Shown here: positions 26,268 to 37,437 of the stretch, one piece after another
How positions within the stretch are numbered: the stretch's first letter is position 1
Layout: each line of letters begins with the position of its first letter
Origin: Candidatus Latescibacterota bacterium
GTDB lineage: Bacteria; Latescibacterota; UBA2968; GCA-2709665
Assembly: GCA_965222075.1 (NCBI GenBank)
Contig: OZ244937.1
Span: 4,704,001 to 4,768,000 of the forward strand
Length of the DNA: 64,000 nt
Reading direction: 5' to 3'
The notes under the pieces: generated by a model
What the model was told of the DNA's origin: nothing
The model's database searches: none
What the model saw: the letters and a program-made list of their open reading frames with translations, nothing else
Translations under genes and position numbers: made by a program

Positions 26268-27830
26268 ATGGACAAATTGACAAACGTCAACACCACCGAC
26301 ATCCGGGACGCCATTCGTCTGGGCTGCCAGACCATGTGCAGCGTTTTTGACGCCGATAACAACAACATCCCCTTTTTCGGCTCCCGCGTGCGTCCCAAAG
26401 CCAGATTGAGCTTCAGTTCGGTCCACTCGGAATCCCACGTCCCGGGCCGCCATCTGAACGCCCTGCTCAATGCGGAAGACGCCGCCGGGATCTCCATCGA
26501 CGAGGAATGCATCGACAAGCACGCCCGTGCCGCCTTCTTCTCCTACAGCGGCCCTGTGCCCCTGCCCTTCAACCGCGACAAAGTCGATGGTCCCCTGGCC
26601 AACTTTACCCCTCACAATGTCCGTGAGGGGTTCCACGCCCTCTATCCCCTGGCGCATTTTCGGCGATCTGCTCGGGCCCGTCAACTGGCTGAGGCGAGCA
26701 TCGACACCATTTTCAAACGCTGGAGCCCCGACCGGGGCTGGGACTACGCCTACCTGGAAGGTGAACTGGGCCTGAACGTTCGCAGATCTACCTTCATCGT
26801 CGGTCTGGCCCGTTCCATCGGCCCGCTGGTCAAACTCTACCGGACAACCGGCTGCGAACCGGCCCTGGAACTGGCGATCGTCCTGAAAGAAAAAGCCCTG
26901 GAATTCTTTAACGAGGACGGCAGCTACGACCGGGAGGGGTTCGGGTTCCACACCCACTCGACCACCTGTGTCATGTCCTCCCTCGCCCAACTCGCCGACC
27001 TGACCCTGGACGCCCCTCTGATGAACCGCGTGCGGACCTTTTACGACAACGGACTGTGGGAGATCCGGGATGAACTGGGCTGGGTCATCGAAAGCAGCAG
27101 TGACGAGGCGCCTCCGGACCGGGGTGAAATCAACAACACCGGAGATATTGTCGAAACCGCCCTCATCCTGGGGCGATGGGGCTATCCTGAATACTACGAA
27201 GACACAGAGCGCATCCTGAGGGGCCACATGCTCCCGGCGCAGTTGCGCGACATCTCCTTCATCAAGAACCCGCTCAATCCCGAAGGCGAAGACGGCAAGC
27301 GGGACGTGGCCGAACGGCACCTGGGCGCCTTCGGTTTTCCCGCCCCTTACGGGCACGAACCGATCGATGCTGAATCGGTAAGTTTCAACATGGACATCGT
27401 TGGCGGAGGCGTCGCATCCCTGTGCGAAGCCTACCGGGAAATCGCCCGTTCTGACCGGGCCGGCCACCGGGTCAACCTGTTCTTCGACCACGAAACCGAA
27501 GCCCTCAAAATCGAGTCTCCCTACACCCACCCGGCCTTGAGCGTCAGGACAAAACGTCCCGGGCCGCTCTTTGTCCGCCTCCCCTCCTGGGCAGATGCGC
27601 AACAGGTCAAACTACGGGGAACAGGCGAACCCCTGCACACAACCAGCGGTTATCTGTTCATCGCCCGCCCTCCGCTCAATCGCCCGCTCACCTTTGCGTT
27701 CCCTTTGCCCGACCGGGAAATCACCCTGACCCATCGCACGCGACAGATACGGGTGAGACTTCGCGGTGACCAGGTCATCGCAATGGAAAACTTCGGCGCC
27801 GATTTGACCTTCTTCGACCCGCTGGATTAG
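26268..27830 (+). CDS. Hypothetical protein, possibly (alpha/alpha)6 glycosidase-like (GH127/DUF1680-related)
   Basis: Helical core, GEINNTGDIVE, C-terminal LFVRLPSW beta-domain; the start codon is uncertain. Confidence 0.55.
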   Translation: MDKLTNVNTTDIRDAIRLGCQTMCSVFDADNNNIPFFGSRVRPKARLSFSSVHSESHVPGRHLNALLNAEDAAGISIDEECIDKHARAAFFSYSGPVPLPFNRDKVDGPLANFTPHNVREGFHALYPLAHFRRSARARQLAEASIDTIFKRWSPDRGWDYAYLEGELGLNVRRSTFIVGLARSIGPLVKLYRTTGCEPALELAIVLKEKALEFFNEDGSYDREGFGFHTHSTTCVMSSLAQLADLTLDAPLMNRVRTFYDNGLWEIRDELGWVIESSSDEAPPDRGEINNTGDIVETALILGRWGYPEYYEDTERILRGHMLPAQLRDISFIKNPLNPEGEDGKRDVAERHLGAFGFPAPYGHEPIDAESVSFNMDIVGGGVASLCEAYREIARSDRAGHRVNLFFDHETEALKIESPYTHPALSVRTKRPGPLFVRLPSWADAQQVKLRGTGEPLHTTSGYLFIARPPLNRPLTFAFPLPDREITLTHRTRQIRVRLRGDQVIAMENFGADLTFFDPLD

Positions 27831-27850
27831 AGACAGGGAGACGATACCCG

Positions 27851-29557
27851 ATGGCAGACCAACCCGGCTGGCGTTTCAGGGCCGGCACCTTATTCGAGAC
27901 CGAAAAACAATCCGCTTCAGGCTCACGCGGCGTGGTGGCCGCGAACAACCCCATCGGCTCGGCTGCAGGCGCTGAAATCCTCGCAATCGGCGGCAACGCG
28001 ATAGACGCCGCAATCGCGGCCCTCTTCACCCTCAATGTGGTCGAACCCCAGATGGTCGGCCTCTTCGGCGCTGGATGGATAAATATCCGCCTTGCAGACG
28101 GCGCAACCGTCATCCTGGACAACTACGCCCATGCGCCCGCTGCTGCTACCCCCCACATATACAGGCCCGTCTCCGACACCTGGCCCGATTACATGCAAAC
28201 CGAGGGCAGGAAGAACAAAATCGGCTACCTTTCGGTCGGCGTCCCCGGCGCCCTGAAAGGCTGGGCCGAAGCCGTCGAAAACTGGGGCCGATTGGACCTG
28301 AAAACCGTCATGCAGCCCGCCATTCGGCATGCGGAACACGGCTTTCGGGTCAGTCAGTACTTGAAGGACTCGATCGTAGACCAGCAGCAGGACATGGCGC
28401 GGTTCCCTGCAACAGCGCGCACATTTTTCCCCAACGGACACCCCCCGGAAACCGGCGACCTCATCCTCCAGCCGGACCTCGCGGCCTCCCTCCGCACAAT
28501 CACAAAGGAAGGACCAAACGTCCTCTACGGCGGCGTCCTGGGACAAACGATTGCCGACGACGTCCAGAAGAACGGCGGCATCCTCACCCCTGAGGACCTG
28601 CGGGCGTATCGCACTGTTCGCCGCGAACCCATCGTCACCACCTACCGCGGATACGAACTGACCCTGCCCTCGCCCCCCTGTTCCAGCGGCGTACACATCC
28701 CCCAGATCCTCAACATCCTCGAGGGCTTCGACACCGCATCCCTCGGCTTCGGCACCGGCGATGCCATCCATCTCCTCGCCGAATGCTTCAAAATCGCCTT
28801 CGCCGACCGGGCCGCTCACGTAAGTGATCCCGCCGAAATTGACGTACCCGTCGAATGGCTGATCTCGAAAGATTATGCGGCAAAAAGACGCGCCGGCATA
28901 GACATGGAGCGGGCGGTCAGCCCCGATCCCGGCGTTGCCCCATCACCCGAATCGGCCTCCACCACACACGTCACGGCCGCAGACGCAGACGGCAACATCA
29001 TATCGATCACGCAGACGATCAACGAGGGATTCGGCTCCAAAGTCACCGTGCCGGGCACCGGCATCCTCCTCAACAACACCATGGCCCTCTTCGATCCGCA
29101 CCCGCGCCGTGCAAACTCCGTGGCATCGAACAAACGGATGGTCAGCAGCAATTCACCCGCCATCATTACAAAGAACGGCCACCCGTACATGGCGCTTGGC
29201 ACCCCGGGCGGCGTGCGCATCTTCCCCAGTGTCGTCCAGGCCATCGTCAACGTCATCGACCACGGCATGACCCTTCAGGAAGCCGTCGAAGCGCCTCGCG
29301 TATGGACGCAGGGCCAGCATCTCGAAGTCGAATCCGCCGTACCGGACCCGGTCCGCAGCGACCTCTCCGCCCGGGGCCACGACATCTTAGAGGTCAAAAC
29401 CGTCGCCGGTGGAATGAACGGCGTCATCTTCGACACAGGCACCATCACCGGCGCCGCCTGCTGGCGCGCCGACGGCGCCCCCATCGCCTTAAGCGGCGGC
29501 CCAGTGCGCCCCGGCGTACGGTTCGAACCGACCGCAGACCGGAATACCAAACCGTAA
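27851..29557 (+). CDS. ggt: Gamma-glutamyltransferase
   Basis: GGNAIDAAIA, SVGVPG, catalytic TTHV, GILLNNTM, GTPGG and AVEAPR; no signal peptide. Confidence 0.93.
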   Translation: MADQPGWRFRAGTLFETEKQSASGSRGVVAANNPIGSAAGAEILAIGGNAIDAAIAALFTLNVVEPQMVGLFGAGWINIRLADGATVILDNYAHAPAAATPHIYRPVSDTWPDYMQTEGRKNKIGYLSVGVPGALKGWAEAVENWGRLDLKTVMQPAIRHAEHGFRVSQYLKDSIVDQQQDMARFPATARTFFPNGHPPETGDLILQPDLAASLRTITKEGPNVLYGGVLGQTIADDVQKNGGILTPEDLRAYRTVRREPIVTTYRGYELTLPSPPCSSGVHIPQILNILEGFDTASLGFGTGDAIHLLAECFKIAFADRAAHVSDPAEIDVPVEWLISKDYAAKRRAGIDMERAVSPDPGVAPSPESASTTHVTAADADGNIISITQTINEGFGSKVTVPGTGILLNNTMALFDPHPRRANSVASNKRMVSSNSPAIITKNGHPYMALGTPGGVRIFPSVVQAIVNVIDHGMTLQEAVEAPRVWTQGQHLEVESAVPDPVRSDLSARGHDILEVKTVAGGMNGVIFDTGTITGAACWRADGAPIALSGGPVRPGVRFEPTADRNTKP

Positions 29558-29622
29558 CGAACCTATGCCCTGCATGGGCAACCGTAGGGGCGCCCTTTCA
29601 CCCTGATAGTAAGGAGTCCCCC

Positions 29623-30717
29623 ATGAAAATCACCGGCATCACCGCCACCCCCATCCGTGTCCCGCGTCCCGGGACCTTCACCAGCAGCCTGGGCCGCAGC
29701 GTCTACACCGAAAACGCCGTCGTGGAAATCGAAACCGACGGCGGCATCACCGGAATCGGCGAAATATGCAGCATCTGGGACCGAAAGGGCCGGGGCCAGG
29801 CTGAAGACATCAACGACTTGCTCGCCGAAGTCCTGGTCGGCCGCGACCCCTTCCGCATCGCCGAGATCCATGCGGTCATGGACGCTCTTCTACACCGCTC
29901 CTATCCGGCCAAGGCAGGCGTTGACATGGCCCTTTACGACATCGTCGGCAAGGCCCTGGACACCCCCGTCTACAACCTGCTCGGCGGAATGGTCCGCGAC
30001 CGTGTGCTGCTCAGCCACTCCCTCTCTATGGGCGAACCGGAGCAGGTGGCCCAGCAGGCCGCGGACCTGGTTAAAAAAGGCTACAAAACCGTCAAAGCCA
30101 AAATCGGCATGGACCAGCGGGCGGACCTGGCCACCGTCGAGGCGGTTCGCAAACGCATTGGCGATGACATCGTCCTGCGTGTGGACGCCAACATGGGCTG
30201 GCCCAACCCCAAAGAAGCCGTGCGAAACATCAAAGCCCTCGAACCGTTCCATCTGGAACTGGTGGAACAGCCTCTGCACTTCAGCGACCTGGAAGGCCTG
30301 CGCCATGTGCGTGAGCACGTGGACACCCCCATTATGGCCGACGAAAGCGTCTGGATCCCCGGCGACGCGATCACCTGCATCAGGGCCGGCGCCGTGGACA
30401 TATTCAACGTCTACCTGGCCGAAGCAGGCGGCATCTACCCCGCCGCCCAGATCTTCGCCATCGCCGAAGCCGCCCGCCTGCCCTGCATCATCGGCAGCAT
30501 GCCCGAACTCGGCATCGGCACCTCGGCGCAGGCCCACTTAGCCTTTGCCATGCGCAACCTGGGCTACGGCAGCGACGTAAACGGCATTGTCTACCACGCA
30601 GACGACATCATCAACGAAACCCTGCGCATCGAAGACGGCTACATCCTCCCGCCCCCGGGTCCCGGCCTGGGCGTGAGCCTCAACCCGGATAAAGTTGAAA
30701 AATACCGGATAAAGTGA
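29623..30717 (+). CDS. Mandelate racemase/muconate lactonizing enzyme family protein (MLE subgroup)
   Basis: KAKIG, DAN, EQP, DES and GPGLG; AAGGAG RBS. Confidence 0.9.
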   Translation: MKITGITATPIRVPRPGTFTSSLGRSVYTENAVVEIETDGGITGIGEICSIWDRKGRGQAEDINDLLAEVLVGRDPFRIAEIHAVMDALLHRSYPAKAGVDMALYDIVGKALDTPVYNLLGGMVRDRVLLSHSLSMGEPEQVAQQAADLVKKGYKTVKAKIGMDQRADLATVEAVRKRIGDDIVLRVDANMGWPNPKEAVRNIKALEPFHLELVEQPLHFSDLEGLRHVREHVDTPIMADESVWIPGDAITCIRAGAVDIFNVYLAEAGGIYPAAQIFAIAEAARLPCIIGSMPELGIGTSAQAHLAFAMRNLGYGSDVNGIVYHADDIINETLRIEDGYILPPPGPGLGVSLNPDKVEKYRIK

Positions 30718-30760
30718 CATCTATCTGAAAAACCGAATATCATGATCGAAGAGGTACTGA

Positions 30761-32986
30761 ATGTCAGACAGACCTGTCCGCGTTTATCCCGAACACTACA
30801 CGCCTTCCGACCTCGATTTCGACCTGGACCTGAGCTTCGAAGAGCGTTCAGGGATCGTACACAATCCGCCCGACATGCAACTCATCTCCGGAGCATGCGG
30901 AACCTGGACGCTTCGCATTGAAAACCGGGCCTGCGACCTGAAACCGGGCGGGGTCATCGCCCTGGTGCGCTTCAACTACCAGATCGCCTTCAACCTGCAA
31001 ACGGACAATCCCCCAAGGCGCGACTACTGCACTCTGGAAACCAACAGCAGCGCGTCCCTGAAGCTGGTAACCTGGCGGGACTCGGTCAACCTCCTCAACA
31101 TCGTTGTAGCATCCGGCGTCTTCAAAAAGGGCGAAACCTGCACCATCCGGATCGGCGACCGCCGTCAGGGCAGCGTGGGCTCAGAAGTCTTCTGGTCCAC
31201 CACCGACGCCGAATTCCTCCTCGCCGCAGATGTCGACGGCACCGGTGAGTTCCACGGTGTCAGGAACAACCCCTACCGGTTCAGCGTTATCGCCCGCCCC
31301 GAACCTGACCTGCTGCGGCTCCTGGGCCCCACAGTCGCCAAAATCGGTGAACCCTTCGCCCTGCACTTAGGCGTCTTCGACCAGAACCGCAACCTCGTTG
31401 AAAGCTATCAAAGACGCATCCAATTCGAAATCCCCCAGGGCGTTGACGGCCTGCCCCCTTCGTATCGATTCTCCCCCGAAGACCGGGGCCTGAAGATCTT
31501 CGAAAATATCCGCATCCACCGCCCTGGCGTCTACCGCATCGGCCTGAGCGGAGGTGGCGTCGAAGGCCGCTTTCTCAGCAACCCCGCCGTGGTCAGCGAA
31601 CAGCCCGAATCCTGCGTCTACTGGGGCGATGTCCACGCCCACGGCTGGGGCGACTCCACCATGCACCTCATGTATCTGCGGACCAAAAAAATGGACCCCC
31701 TTTCCCGCCACCAACAGGGCCGCCGGATCGGCCGCTTCGACTTTGCCTGTCCGGCCTCCATGTCCATGGACCCCACCAAGCGGGAGGAGATCTTCGGTGC
31801 CTACCGGGAGGCCTGCGAGCAGATGGACGAGCCGGGCCGCTACGTCCCCTTCCTGGCCTACGAGGCCCACCCCAGGGCCGGTGACCGGCAGGTCATCTTC
31901 AAAAACTATAAAAACGAACCTATCCCACCGCCTTCCCGTGGTCCGATGGATGAACTGGTAGCAACCTACGGTGACCGGGACGACGTCTTCCTGCAGGTCC
32001 ACATCGGCGGCCAGCCGCCCCAATGGCGGCTCTACAAACCCGTCAGGGAGCGCTTCCTGGAAGTCTGCTCGGGCTTCGGCTGCGCCGAATGGCTCCTGCA
32101 GAAAGCCCTGAACCTGGGCTACCGGCCGGGCGTCTGCGCCGCCTCTGACCTGCACCTGGGCCTCATGGGAGGCCCGCGTGCCGTGGAGCCCTTCAGGGGG
32201 AGATTCAGCCAGAAATACCCCATGAGGCATCGGGACTCCGCCTACGGCACCGGTCCGGTCACAGCCATTGCCGCAGCCGAGCTAAACCGGGAGGCCCTCT
32301 GGTCCGCCATGGAAGGCAGGCAGACCTACGCCACCAGCGGTGCCCGCATCTACCTCCGAGTGACATGCAACGGTATCCCATCCGGCGCCGAAATCGACCT
32401 GACCGACGAACTTCAGGTCGCCATCGTCTGCCACGCCTGCGCCCCTCTGGACCGGATCGACCTGATCGTCGGTGACTACTGTCTGAAATCCTGGCATCCT
32501 GACGGCATGGACTTCGCACAAAACATCACTTTCTCTGCCGCCGACCTCCCCGGCGACTGGGTCTACGTGAGGGTACATCAGACCGACAACGAATACGCCT
32601 GGTCCTCCCCCGTCTATCTCGAACGCCAGGGACCGTTCACCCCGCCGGGCGACCTTCCTCGCTGGAACGAGCAGGAGGAGATCGATTTGGACGCCATCGG
32701 TGAAAACGACGCCAGTTCTTATCTGCCCGACCTGCAGCACTACCTGAAACTGGAAGAAGATCCGGAGCGCTTCCAGAAGCTCTCACCCATAGGGGTTGTC
32801 GAGCAATTTGTCGGGCGCTGCGCCCTCTTCTACTGCTACTGGGGGGAAGAGAAACTCCGCATGAGCATCCGCTGGTTCTTCGAATTCGAAATCCCCAGAA
32901 TTCGCTACGATTTCGGCTGGCAGGACTTCGGCGCCTTCGATGAAAACGACCTGGGTCCTGAACTCATGGACAAATATGGGACCTGA
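30761..32986 (+). CDS. DUF3604-like PHP-type metallohydrolase
   Basis: YWGDVHAH, FLAYE, ASDLH, RQTYATSGARI and AWSSPVY. Confidence 0.8.
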   Translation: MSDRPVRVYPEHYTPSDLDFDLDLSFEERSGIVHNPPDMQLISGACGTWTLRIENRACDLKPGGVIALVRFNYQIAFNLQTDNPPRRDYCTLETNSSASLKLVTWRDSVNLLNIVVASGVFKKGETCTIRIGDRRQGSVGSEVFWSTTDAEFLLAADVDGTGEFHGVRNNPYRFSVIARPEPDLLRLLGPTVAKIGEPFALHLGVFDQNRNLVESYQRRIQFEIPQGVDGLPPSYRFSPEDRGLKIFENIRIHRPGVYRIGLSGGGVEGRFLSNPAVVSEQPESCVYWGDVHAHGWGDSTMHLMYLRTKKMDPLSRHQQGRRIGRFDFACPASMSMDPTKREEIFGAYREACEQMDEPGRYVPFLAYEAHPRAGDRQVIFKNYKNEPIPPPSRGPMDELVATYGDRDDVFLQVHIGGQPPQWRLYKPVRERFLEVCSGFGCAEWLLQKALNLGYRPGVCAASDLHLGLMGGPRAVEPFRGRFSQKYPMRHRDSAYGTGPVTAIAAAELNREALWSAMEGRQTYATSGARIYLRVTCNGIPSGAEIDLTDELQVAIVCHACAPLDRIDLIVGDYCLKSWHPDGMDFAQNITFSAADLPGDWVYVRVHQTDNEYAWSSPVYLERQGPFTPPGDLPRWNEQEEIDLDAIGENDASSYLPDLQHYLKLEEDPERFQKLSPIGVVEQFVGRCALFYCYWGEEKLRMSIRWFFEFEIPRIRYDFGWQDFGAFDENDLGPELMDKYGT

Positions 32987-33020
32987 CCCCCCGGCCCCTT
33001 TTACCCCAGGAGGAAATCCG

Positions 33021-34253
33021 ATGCTTGCAATCGACGGCGGAGAGAAAATCCGCAAGGCCCCGTTTCCCAAGCGGCACCTGTTGGGCGAGGAGGAAAAACA
33101 GGCGGCTGTGTCGCTCTTCGATCAGGCCATTGAAAGTGGAAACGTCTTCGGCTACGGCGGCCCTGAAGAACAGGCCTACGAGCAGGAATTTGCGGAGTAT
33201 ATGGGAGGAGGTTATGCAGATCTGGTCAACTCGGGCACCTCTGCACTCTACACGGCCCTGGGCGCCCTGGAGCTGGACGTCGCCGGCGAAGTGATCGTCC
33301 CGGTCATCTCCGACCACGGCGGCGTCATGCCCGCTGCCCTGCTCAACCAGGTACCCGTGCTGGCCGACACCCAACCGGGCTCGTACAACATCGGTCCGAA
33401 ACAGATCGAAGCCCTCTTAACCCCGCGCACCCGGGCCATCGTCGTCGCGCACATCTCCGGAGAGCCTGTAGATATGGACCCGGTCCTGGAACTGGCCCAG
33501 CAGCGCAGCATCCCCGTCGTCGAGGACTGCGCCCAGGCCCACGGCGCAACCTATACGGGCAGACGGGTAGGCACCATGGGCACCATCGGAATCTTCTCAA
33601 CCATGAGCGGCAAGCACCACGCCACGGCCGCTCAGGGAGGCGTCGTATTCACGCAAGACGAGGACCTCTACTGGCGTATCAAGAGGTTTTCGGACCGGTG
33701 CAAACCGTTCAACACCGACGCTACCAGCAATCTCAGAGCCGGCCTCAACCTCAACGGCAACGACCTGTCCGCCGCCGTCGGCCGCGTGCAGCTGCGCAAG
33801 CTCCCGGCAATCACCCAAAAACGCCAGCAGGTCGCCCACGGAATCCGGGAAGGAATCGCCCACCTCCAGGCCATCTCCGTCGGCTGGCAGGTCCCAAACA
33901 CCGAATCCGTCTACTGGTTCATGCGCATCCACGTGGACGCCTCCAAGCTGACCGCGAACAAAAACAAAGTAGCCGCCGCCATATCCGCTGAGGGCATCCC
34001 CCTGTCCGTCTACTACGGCCGCATCATCTCCGAAACCACCTGGTTCCGCGAACGAAAAGTCTTCGGCGCCAGCGACTACCCCTGGGGCTTAGAGGAATAC
34101 AAAGGGGACCGCAACGCCCAATTCCCCTGCCCCAACGCCGTGGAAGCCAGAGAGACCCACTTCGCCCTGAGAATCCACGAAAGCTGGGGCGAACAGGAAG
34201 TGGAAGACACGGCAAAGGCCTTTGAGAAAGTCGAGAATGCCTATCTGAAATGA
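33021..34253 (+). CDS. DegT/DnrJ/EryC1/StrS PLP aminotransferase
   Basis: VNSGTSAL, VEDCAQAHGA and FSTMSGKH..QGG; GGAGG RBS. Confidence 0.9.
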   Translation: MLAIDGGEKIRKAPFPKRHLLGEEEKQAAVSLFDQAIESGNVFGYGGPEEQAYEQEFAEYMGGGYADLVNSGTSALYTALGALELDVAGEVIVPVISDHGGVMPAALLNQVPVLADTQPGSYNIGPKQIEALLTPRTRAIVVAHISGEPVDMDPVLELAQQRSIPVVEDCAQAHGATYTGRRVGTMGTIGIFSTMSGKHHATAAQGGVVFTQDEDLYWRIKRFSDRCKPFNTDATSNLRAGLNLNGNDLSAAVGRVQLRKLPAITQKRQQVAHGIREGIAHLQAISVGWQVPNTESVYWFMRIHVDASKLTANKNKVAAAISAEGIPLSVYYGRIISETTWFRERKVFGASDYPWGLEEYKGDRNAQFPCPNAVEARETHFALRIHESWGEQEVEDTAKAFEKVENAYLK

Positions 34254-34306
34254 GAAGGGGTGCACCCGCGTATGCGCCCTGCGAGGCTCTAAAGGAGGAC
34301 TCTTCA

Positions 34307-37300
34307 GTGTCAACCGATAGCACGCAGAGAAAACAGGAATACATCAAGCGAGTCACCCGGGGCGAGGGCTTCATGCCCTGGCAGAAGCAGGAGCATGTCT
34401 CCTATCCCGAGGTGGAATTCCGGGAGGTAATGGAGAAACGCAAAGAGGACATGCTCGCCCGCAGGACAACGGTCAAACACCCCATATTCCTGACCGAAAA
34501 ACAGATCGACCAGGCCCGCCGGAACATCCAGAACGCGGAATGGGCCGGGAGATGGTTCGAGAACATCCGCACGGTTGCCGACCATGTCGCCGGACAATCC
34601 GGTGGATATATCGAACACATGGTACCAGAGCTGACCCCCACCAACCCCTACGGCCTCACCTGTCCCAATTGCGTGGGGAAAAAATCGCAGGAAGGCCTCG
34701 CCTACAGATCCATCGAATGGGACTACCGCACCCCAGACCTCATCCGCTGCTCCGCCTGCGGCCAGACCTACCCGGACCCCGATTACCCTGAAACGGCCCA
34801 GCTCATCTGTCCCCGAACGGGGCAGACCTTCACCTACTATTTCAACGATGAGGAACGGAAGCACCCCGAAGATCGCAGTGGCAAATACGCGTGGAAGTGG
34901 GTCGGCAAACCCATCCACGCCAGCTTCACCGGCTTTATGAGAGGCCAAAAAATCGGCTTCATGACCTCGGCGCTGCGAAGCCTGGCGCTGTCCTACCGCT
35001 TTATGGACGACCCGAAATACGCCGAAACGGCGCTGCGCATCCTGGAACGCCTCGCCGCCTGTTACCGCAACTGGCTCTACCACGACTTCTACGACACAGT
35101 CGCAGACTGCGACCCCCTCTATGCCGCCTGGAACGCCATGACCCTGAAACTGGAGTGGAAACGGCACCTCAGCGCCATGGCCTACGGCAACAGCCGGTAT
35201 GAAACAGGCCCCGTGAACGACACCTTCGGTCAGGCAAAGATGCTGGCCACCTACTTCGGCTGCGGCCGGATCCATCCCAGCGTCGACGGAATCTCATCGC
35301 ACCTGATCGACATCTGCCTGGCCTACGACTTGGTCCACGACGCTACGGATGGAGATGGAAAACCCATCTGGACGGAGGAAAAGCGCGCCCGCATCGAAAA
35401 AGGGCTGATCCTCGAATACATCAACACCGCCGAACCCTTCGTGGGTGGGATCGGCAATCCCCCAGACCTCGGCAACAAATCCCCTTCCGTCTACCGCGCC
35501 CAGGCAGCGGTCGGCAGGTGCCTGGGCCTCTCCCATTACGCCGACGCTGCCCTGCGGGGCTATGAAGGGTTGCGTGACAAATCCTTTATCTACGACGGAT
35601 TCAGCAAAGAAAGCCCGTCCTACACCAACATGTACCTGACCAGTCTTATATGGATTCCCGAAACCCTTCACGGTTTCCGCTGGCCGAAAAACATCCCGGG
35701 CCGCACCGGCGCCGTGAACCTCTACAAAACCGACCCCAAACTCCGTCTCATCCTTCAGGCCACCGTTGATCAACTCCGTCCCGACGGTCGCTACCTCCCC
35801 CTGTCGGACACCGTGGAAGACGGAGAGCCCCGCATGCACATCTTCGAGATCGGACTGAAGCGTTATCCCCGAATTTTCTCCGGCAAGCTTCACACCCTCT
35901 ACCGCGGGCGTACGCCCACCGAGTATGCCATTCTGAATCTGGATGCTGCCAAACTGGAAAAGACGGCAGACCTGGACCTTCCGGAAATTCTCTTCCCCGC
36001 CTGGATGACTGCGGTCCTCCGCCACGGGTCCGAACCGGACGCCACCGTTCTTGCCCTGCCCTTCAACCCCCCCGGCGGCCACCGTCAGGCGGACAACCTA
36101 TCACTCTACTACGTGGACTGTGGCCAGACCGTACTCGGCGAACTGGGCTATGTGGGGGATTCGCCGATGAACGCCTGGGTCAGGGGCACCACGCTCAGCC
36201 ACAACCTGGTCATCGTAGACGACCAGGAACAGCGGTTCCAGGCCGAAGGGCAAGAGCGGAAACCAGGCTTACGTTTCATGGCCACCTCACCGCGTGTATC
36301 GGTCGTAGAAGCGTCCTCTAAAGTATACCCGCAATGCACCGGCTACCGCCGGCTCGTCGCCCTCATCAAAGGCCCCGGTGCTCAGACGGTCGCCCTGGAC
36401 CTCTTCCGGGTCCGTGGCGGAAACAAACACGCCTACCGCCTGTTCAGCGAACTGGCCGCCAGCGACTCTGACAATGGCGGCCTGGAGTTCACCAATCTGG
36501 CCATGCCGCCCGAACCGCCCCTCCCCAACTTCGGCTCCAGCATCGACCGCGAACACATCTTCGGCCTGCGGGACACGCGCCGGGTCGAGCATCCCCCACC
36601 CTCCTGGCAGGCCGTGTGGAAGCAGACGGACCGCCAGTACCGGCTCCACATGCTCTCGCAGGTCAACGCGGTAGAGGCCTCCAACGGCCCGGGCCAGGAA
36701 ACCCTGGAGCAGATCGGCCGCCGCGTGCGTTTTCTGGACGCGGTAAACACCGGCAAGGACCTGTCCAGTACCTTCGTCGTCCTCCACGAACCCAGTGGAC
36801 CTCAGCAAGCTATGTCCGTCCAGAATGCCCTGTGTCTCGCGGTTCCGGAACAAGCCGGACCGGATGCAGTAGCCGTCTGCATTGAATCAGACTGGGGAAC
36901 CTGTTGGGTATTCAGCGACGTGGAGGGTGAGGTGGAAATCGACGGCATCCGCTTCCAGGGAACCTTCGGTGTCTACGGCAGAACGCCGCAGAACCGGTCC
37001 TGGTATTTCACCATTGGCGCATCCACCCTCCAACACGGCGAATCTGGTTTTGCACACCAGCCTGCCGCCTGGTCAGGCCGCGTGGTCGGGCAAACCGAAA
37101 TCGAATTACAATCGGATACCCCCGCGCCGGACGGCTGGCCCCCACTCCCCAAAGGCGCGGCAACCTGGGTCGCCGTAGACACAGAATCGTATCGTACCGG
37201 GTTTCCGGTCGCCACAGTCCAGGACAATCGAATTGGTGTGGAACGCTTCCCGCTACAGCCCGCTACAGCCTTTGAACTGCTTGCTGTAAAGTATGCTGAG

Positions 37301-37318
37301 AACGAATTTCCGACGTGA
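34307..37318 (+). CDS. Heparinase II/III-like lyase with Zn-ribbon
   Basis: CPNC...CSAC; ESPSY; GGHRQADNL; LGY; SHNLVIVD. Confidence 0.8.
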   Translation: MSTDSTQRKQEYIKRVTRGEGFMPWQKQEHVSYPEVEFREVMEKRKEDMLARRTTVKHPIFLTEKQIDQARRNIQNAEWAGRWFENIRTVADHVAGQSGGYIEHMVPELTPTNPYGLTCPNCVGKKSQEGLAYRSIEWDYRTPDLIRCSACGQTYPDPDYPETAQLICPRTGQTFTYYFNDEERKHPEDRSGKYAWKWVGKPIHASFTGFMRGQKIGFMTSALRSLALSYRFMDDPKYAETALRILERLAACYRNWLYHDFYDTVADCDPLYAAWNAMTLKLEWKRHLSAMAYGNSRYETGPVNDTFGQAKMLATYFGCGRIHPSVDGISSHLIDICLAYDLVHDATDGDGKPIWTEEKRARIEKGLILEYINTAEPFVGGIGNPPDLGNKSPSVYRAQAAVGRCLGLSHYADAALRGYEGLRDKSFIYDGFSKESPSYTNMYLTSLIWIPETLHGFRWPKNIPGRTGAVNLYKTDPKLRLILQATVDQLRPDGRYLPLSDTVEDGEPRMHIFEIGLKRYPRIFSGKLHTLYRGRTPTEYAILNLDAAKLEKTADLDLPEILFPAWMTAVLRHGSEPDATVLALPFNPPGGHRQADNLSLYYVDCGQTVLGELGYVGDSPMNAWVRGTTLSHNLVIVDDQEQRFQAEGQERKPGLRFMATSPRVSVVEASSKVYPQCTGYRRLVALIKGPGAQTVALDLFRVRGGNKHAYRLFSELAASDSDNGGLEFTNLAMPPEPPLPNFGSSIDREHIFGLRDTRRVEHPPPSWQAVWKQTDRQYRLHMLSQVNAVEASNGPGQETLEQIGRRVRFLDAVNTGKDLSSTFVVLHEPSGPQQAMSVQNALCLAVPEQAGPDAVAVCIESDWGTCWVFSDVEGEVEIDGIRFQGTFGVYGRTPQNRSWYFTIGASTLQHGESGFAHQPAAWSGRVVGQTEIELQSDTPAPDGWPPLPKGAATWVAVDTESYRTGFPVATVQDNRIGVERFPLQPATAFELLAVKYAENEFPT

Positions 37319-37437
37319 CAAATCAGGGAGGTGGAAATGGAGTGGATTGACGCAAGCTGCAAGGGGGGAAGCGCCCGGAATTCGGGCACGCCCACCGTTT
37401 GGGCTGGATGAGAAAAATTCGGATGGGAGGACTCATT

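Noticed and set aside
28855-29622. Long N-terminal extension of the enolase-family ORF
   Set aside because: It is an out-of-frame overlap with ggt giving Arg/His-rich nonsense; the true start is 29623, with an AAGGAG RBS.
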